Of a DNA stretch of 32,000 nt, positions 28,262 through 32,000 are shown piece after piece. Source of the DNA: Puniceicoccales bacterium (GTDB taxonomy: Bacteria > Verrucomicrobiota > Verrucomicrobiia > Opitutales > LL51). The stretch covers positions 47,710 to 79,709 of the forward strand of contig JAITBP010000005.1 of assembly GCA_031283585.1 (NCBI GenBank), given 5' to 3'. The first letter of the stretch is position 1; each line of letters opens with the position of its first letter. The notes below the pieces were generated by a model. That model worked only from the letters and a program-made list of their open reading frames with translations. It searched no databases and was not told the DNA's origin. Made by a program: the position numbers and the translations under genes.

Positions 28262-29638
28262 TATATTGTATTTTTTTAAATCCCTAAAAAACATTTCGGT
28301 TTCATCTATCACAATTTTTCTTAGTCCTATCAATCCTATTAGATTTGATATGGCCATAAGCCCAATCACAATATCCGCCAGAGCAAGTACAGTGTTAATT
28401 CTAAAGAATGGGCCCAGCGCAACAAAAAAAACAAAAAATATTTTATAGAGGCCCAGGGCACTGTCTCCCCAGATATATTGGATGCACTTCTCTCCATAGT
28501 AATTCCATCCAATAATAGTGGTAAACGCGAATAATATAATGCTGAGGCTAACTATCAATTTTCCAAGAGAAATCACTCCAAGACCCTGTTCAAACGCATA
28601 GGCCGTAAGCATTGCGCCTTCCAACGGTGGCGATAGATTAAAAATGGCTCCACCGTCACAGGAAATCACTATAACCAAGGCGGTCATGGTACAGACGACT
28701 ATGCTAAGCAATGCACCGGCCGCGGCTGCTAATCCCTGTTTGGCCGGAGAATCTGTTTTGGCAGTGGCAGCGGCTATGGCCGAACTGCCCAATCCTGCTT
28801 CATGGGAGAAGATTCCACGGCTAACTCCAACGCTAGCTGCCAATGTGGCGGTTATTCCAACACCACCGCCCAGTATCGATTTCGGCATGAATGCACTCGA
28901 GCATATCAAATAAAATACCTGGGGAATTTTAGAAAAATTAATTACCAACACCGCGGTCGCAGCCCCAATGTAGAACAGTGTCATAATTGGAACAATTTTT
29001 TCAGCCACCGCAGAGATTCTATGCAATCCACCCATGGTTATTGCCATGACCACAAGGCTAAGCACCGTCGCTGTAACAATATTAGGAATGCCGAAAGATC
29101 CAAAAGCAGCTGCTATGGAATTGCTCTGAGCTAAAGTCCCTGTTCCAATCAAAGCAACCATCAGACCAAAAAATGCAAAGATTTTCGCCAATCCATTGCG
29201 ACCTAACCCAAACCTAATATAATACATTGGGCCTCCGGAAATGCTGCCATCCGCAGCTATTTTTCTGTATTTTATCGCCAAAACACCCTCCGCATACTTA
29301 ACCGCTAGGCTAAGAATAGATGAAATCCATAGCCAAAATATCGATCCCGGACCGCCTAAAGTCACCGCCACGGCAATGCCTACTATATTGCCTGTGCCAA
29401 GAGTTGCTGATAGGGCGGTACATATGGACGCAAAAACAGAAATGTCTCCACCGCAATTTTTATTTTTTGCATTGCTTTCGATGATGCATTTCATCGCCAA
29501 TTTCAAATTGGAAAATCGCAACATTTTAAGCTTGTATGAAAAATAAATACCAACAGCTAAAATAGATATAATTAGCGGCCAATTCCAGATTAGCCTGGAA
29601 ATTGCATCCAAAAATGATTCAAGCTGTTTTGGTTCCAC
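28256..29638 (-). CDS. alanine/glycine:cation symporter (AGCS family)
   Basis: 460 aa polytopic protein. The N-terminal LIWNWPLIISILAVGIYFS, then GDISVFASICTALSATLGTGNIVGIA and GGPGSIFWLWIS, are typical of sodium:alanine symporters. Confidence 0.88.
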   Translation of the reverse strand: MEPKQLESFLDAISRLIWNWPLIISILAVGIYFSYKLKMLRFSNLKLAMKCIIESNAKNKNCGGDISVFASICTALSATLGTGNIVGIAVAVTLGGPGSIFWLWISSILSLAVKYAEGVLAIKYRKIAADGSISGGPMYYIRFGLGRNGLAKIFAFFGLMVALIGTGTLAQSNSIAAAFGSFGIPNIVTATVLSLVVMAITMGGLHRISAVAEKIVPIMTLFYIGAATAVLVINFSKIPQVFYLICSSAFMPKSILGGGVGITATLAASVGVSRGIFSHEAGLGSSAIAAATAKTDSPAKQGLAAAAGALLSIVVCTMTALVIVISCDGGAIFNLSPPLEGAMLTAYAFEQGLGVISLGKLIVSLSIILFAFTTIIGWNYYGEKCIQYIWGDSALGLYKIFFVFFVALGPFFRINTVLALADIVIGLMAISNLIGLIGLRKIVIDETEMFFRDLKKYNIP

Positions 29639-29742
29639 AAATTGTTATATTAGAAATTATCAAAAAATACTCTGTCAAGGCTAATATTTTCCTGAAAAGG
29701 CGCCCGACGGCCATCAATATTTCTAATTTTAAAAACCATAAG

Positions 29743-29766
29743 GTCATAAAGTCATAAAGTCATAAT
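29743..29766. repeat. 8-bp direct repeat x3 (gtcataaa gtcataaa gtcataat) in a divergent intergenic region
   Basis: Read directly from the sequence. Lies between the symporter (minus) and the APC permease (plus). Confidence 0.8.
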
Positions 29767-29836
29767 ACACATATTAGCCTTCTTTTTATACAACGAGCGG
29801 CATAAAACAAAATTTTCTCTTGCGTTATTTTTTAAC

Positions 29837-31204
29837 TTGTTAGTCATGCCAGCCGAAATGGCCCATCGATTAGATAATCGCACCAGCAAGAAACAGCTTG
29901 GGATTTTAATGCTAATTTCGCTTGTAATAAGCAGTCAGGTTGGGTCGGGAATCTTCGTTTTTCCGGCAATTCTAGCTCCCTATGGGACAATTGGATTGGT
30001 AGGATGGATTTTTTCCGGAGCAGGAGCCATATCGCTGGCCCTTATTTTTTCCGAACTTTCTTCAAAAATTGTAAAAAATGGAGGACCACATGTCTATGTA
30101 ACCGAAGCCTTTGGCCAAAAGACAGGATTTTTTATCGCCTGGATCTACTGGATCATATCCTGGGCCAGCAATTCCGTCTTGTTAGTCACCATAACGAACT
30201 ATCTATCAACAATCGTCGGAACTCTTAGCCCGGCACAAACGATTTTCATTCAAATTGGAGTGCTTTTAGTCATAACTTTCATCAATTTGATGGGTATTCG
30301 CACCTCCGGCTTCATAGAACTGATACTAACATCTCTAAAAGTCATACCCCTATTTATACTTCCTTTTATATTTTTCACGTCGTTTAACCTGAAGCACTTC
30401 AAGGTTTCTGGACCGGTGCTGTCAATCACAGATACATGGACAATAATTTCAAAGACTGCGCTTCTAGGATTCTGGGGATTCGTTGGAGTCGAATGTGCGA
30501 CAACTCCAGCGGAACGTGTCAAAAATCCACAAAAAACACTTCCAAGGGCGATTATCTTTGGCACGGCCTGTGTTGCTTTCATATACCTTTTCAACCTGGT
30601 ATCCGTCTTTGGTGTAACAGGATTTGAACCGATGGTCGGTGCCAATGCACCCTATGCCATTGCCATGAACAAAATTTTCCCAGGCTATGCCAACGGAAAT
30701 ATTATCATTTCGCTTCTGGCGGTAATTGTTTGTTTTGGCACGCTAAATGCCTGGACTCTAAGTGCCGGCCAGATCGCCCAGGGTGCGGCAGCTGATAGAT
30801 TATTTCCATCTTTTCTGGGCAAGACCAACAAAAACGAAGCTCCGGCACTTTCAATTTTGATAGCGTCATTTGGTATTATCATTCTTCTCATAATTGCACA
30901 ATTTTCCAGCCAAGGAGGACTTGAGCGTCTAATCGATTTCATGGCAAGCCTTTTTCTGATTATCTATTTGGCCTGCAGTGTTTCCTATGCTAAAATGGTA
31001 AAAAACTGGAAAAAAGATCCAGCAGATAGAATCAAATCCTATATGCTTGCTGCATTTGCCATTGCTTTTTGTATTTTTGTGGTTGCTCAAGACATTCTGA
31101 ACACCATACTAGCTTTGGCGGTTTTCATATCCATTGGTATTCCGGTTTACCTATCTGTCAAAAAACGTCTCGTACTGGCCGAAACACAGGATCCTATTGG
31201 GTAA
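29837..31204 (+). CDS. APC superfamily amino acid permease (APA/AdiC-like)
   Basis: About 12 TM segments. The N-terminal block LISLVISSQVGSGIFVFPAILAPYG...GWIFSGAGAISLALIFSELS...GGPHVYV parallels basic amino acid/polyamine antiporters. The track start is TTG, and the ATG at 29846 is more likely. Confidence 0.82.
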   Translation: MLVMPAEMAHRLDNRTSKKQLGILMLISLVISSQVGSGIFVFPAILAPYGTIGLVGWIFSGAGAISLALIFSELSSKIVKNGGPHVYVTEAFGQKTGFFIAWIYWIISWASNSVLLVTITNYLSTIVGTLSPAQTIFIQIGVLLVITFINLMGIRTSGFIELILTSLKVIPLFILPFIFFTSFNLKHFKVSGPVLSITDTWTIISKTALLGFWGFVGVECATTPAERVKNPQKTLPRAIIFGTACVAFIYLFNLVSVFGVTGFEPMVGANAPYAIAMNKIFPGYANGNIIISLLAVIVCFGTLNAWTLSAGQIAQGAAADRLFPSFLGKTNKNEAPALSILIASFGIIILLIIAQFSSQGGLERLIDFMASLFLIIYLACSVSYAKMVKNWKKDPADRIKSYMLAAFAIAFCIFVVAQDILNTILALAVFISIGIPVYLSVKKRLVLAETQDPIG

Positions 31205-31241
31205 AAAGCTTTTTGTCAGACCTAACTAATGCCAAACATTT

Positions 31242-31303
31242 TGGCGGAGAGAGAGGGATTCGAACCCTCGGTACTATTACTAGTACACAGCATTTCACTG
31301 CTG
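31242..31303 (-). pseudogene. tRNA-Ser(UGA)-like 3' fragment: anticodon arm, long variable arm, T-arm, 3' acceptor and CCA; no 5' acceptor or D-arm
   Basis: Minus strand reads CAGCA-GTGAAA-TGCTG, GTACTA-GTAA-TAGTAC, GAGGG-TTCGAAT-CCCTC, TCTCTCC-G-CCA. The required 5' partner GGAGAGA is absent in the next 100 nt, and the anticodon loop has 6 rather than 7 nt. Confidence 0.6.
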
Positions 31304-31384
31304 ACAAACGGGTTAAACAATGGGTTAAATTATTTTTTTACAATTTCTTGACAAATCAAAAGAAACAATGCTAGCATAAATTTT

Positions 31385-32000
31385 ATGTTAGTAAAAAAAT
31401 ATTTAAAAATAATAAGGTCAATGTTGTTGTTATCTTGCCTTGCTGTGCTTTGTTTTTGTCAGAACAGTTCTTGTTCTGCTGTAACCAAAGGACACAGTAA
31501 GCTAAGAAAAAAGATTTCTCTTAAACGCAGTAGGCGGCGTACCTCTAGGCGCAGTAGACGGCGCACATCTAGGCGCAATAGGCGGCGTACCTCTAGGCGC
31601 AGCAGTGGCAATCAAATGACAATGTCCTATGCTCCATCGACTAGGCAGCTAAACCCAATTACTATTTTTAGCGATCCATTCATTCCGTTTATGCAGCTAA
31701 AACCAATTGCCATATCTCCGATCATTCCACCGACTGCATCGCCAGAGCCAGCTGCTAAGTCTCCGATCGTTCCACCGACTGCATCGCCACAACCAGCTGC
31801 TAAGCCTACAGTTATTCCACCGACTGCATCGCCACAGCCAGCTGCTAAGTCTCCAGTTATTCCACCGACTGCATCGCCACAACCAGCTGCCACGGTTAAG
31901 CCTCCAGCCGCTCCATCGACTAGGCCACAACCAGCTGCTAAGTCTCCAATCGTTCCACCGACTGCATCACCAAAACCAGCTGCCACGGTTAAGCCTCCAG
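31385..32000 (+). CDS. secreted repeat protein (Arg/Ser-rich repeats then Pro-rich 15-aa repeats), C-terminus beyond window
   Basis: Own translation, with the frame open from ATG 31385 to the window end (205 codons): MLVKKYLKIIRSMLLLSCLAVLCFCQNSSCSA (signal peptide), KRSRRRTSRRSRRRTSRRNRRRTSRR, then (SPIVPPTASPQPAAK)n. Not in the track because it has no stop in the window. Confidence 0.7.
   Translation, partial: MLVKKYLKIIRSMLLLSCLAVLCFCQNSSCSAVTKGHSKLRKKISLKRSRRRTSRRSRRRTSRRNRRRTSRRSSGNQMTMSYAPSTRQLNPITIFSDPFIPFMQLKPIAISPIIPPTASPEPAAKSPIVPPTASPQPAAKPTVIPPTASPQPAAKSPVIPPTASPQPAATVKPPAAPSTRPQPAAKSPIVPPTASPKPAATVKPP
31526..31606 (+). repeat. 24-bp in-frame tandem repeat, about 3.4 copies
   Basis: cgcagtaggcggcgtacctctagg / cgcagtagacggcgcacatctagg / cgcaataggcggcgtacctctagg / cgcagcagt..., encoding (S/N)RRRTSRR units. 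Confidence 0.9.
31715..32000 (+). repeat. 45-bp in-frame tandem repeat, at least 6 imperfect copies, continues past the window
   Basis: Unit tctccgatcgttccaccgactgcatcgccacaaccagctgctaag (SPIVPPTASPQPAAK). Some copies carry a gccacggttaagcctccagcc insertion. Locally more GC-rich than the rest of the window. Confidence 0.9.

Noticed and set aside
29639-29836. Glycine riboswitch upstream of the alanine/glycine symporter
   Set aside because: Reading the minus strand, I found no GGAGAG...CACCG...CTCTGGAGAG-type core elements. There is only a short GC-rich patch.
31242-31303. Interpreting the tRNA-like element as the tmRNA 3' end or as an intact tRNA-Ser/Sec
   Set aside because: The acceptor sequence (TCTCTCC-G-CCA) is Ser-like, not the Ala-like tmRNA end. 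No complementary 5' acceptor strand or D-arm exists within 100 nt, and the anticodon loop is one nucleotide short.
31627-31986. Minus-strand ORFs 31627..31986 (Gly/Ala-rich) and 31697..31930 (Trp/Arg/Ser-rich)
   Set aside because: Both are reverse-complement shadows of the 45-bp tandem repeats. The plus-strand frame has a start codon and a signal peptide, is continuous with the upstream 24-bp repeat region, and is open to the window end.
1-32000. Mobile elements, prophage or defence-system genes (integrase, transposase, restriction, toxin-antitoxin, Cas)
   Set aside because: No ORF in any frame showed motifs of these families. The only mobility hint is the tRNA-Ser fragment near the right edge.

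Overview
AT-rich (roughly 40% G+C by eye), gene-dense bacterial chromosomal window with no rRNA, CRISPR array, transposase or integrase. I support about 26 protein-coding genes, 4 intact single tRNA genes (Pro-GGG, Leu-GAG, Val-GAC, Glu-UUC, all with encoded CCA) and one truncated tRNA-Ser-like fragment. Recognisable housekeeping genes are mgtE, bioF / alpha-beta esterase / bioC, murJ, a PpiD-like chaperone, a FabF-like ketosynthase, dprA, a SpoU/TrmH methyltransferase, hpf, an orphan OppD/DppD-like ABC ATPase, a small phosphoglycosyl transferase, ftsK, a long rseP, a PilB/GspE-type ATPase, an AGCS alanine/glycine symporter and an APC permease. The parts worth a second look are: (1) a CesT/Slc1-type type III secretion chaperone coupled to a candidate effector with thrombospondin-type-3-like Ca-binding motifs; (2) a 905-aa protein joining an unrecognised ~500-aa N-terminal region, through an (EKS)n linker, to a CysJ-type FAD/NADPH module that lacks the FMN domain; (3) an ATGA-coupled three-gene operon (PilM-PilN-like fusion, membrane-anchored coiled-coil PilO/Amuc_1100-like protein, anchored unknown protein) with no pilin, platform or secretin, followed directly by dprA; (4) a tRNA-Ser 3' fragment next to a secreted Arg/Ser-repeat plus Pro-rich-repeat protein. 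That last ORF is missing from the supplied track because it runs off the window edge. The Slc1-like chaperone, the ~600-aa RseP and the pilM-adjacent gene set suggest a PVC-superphylum (Chlamydiae/Verrucomicrobia-like), possibly host-associated organism. This is inference only. All family calls come from motifs read by eye, and no database search was possible.
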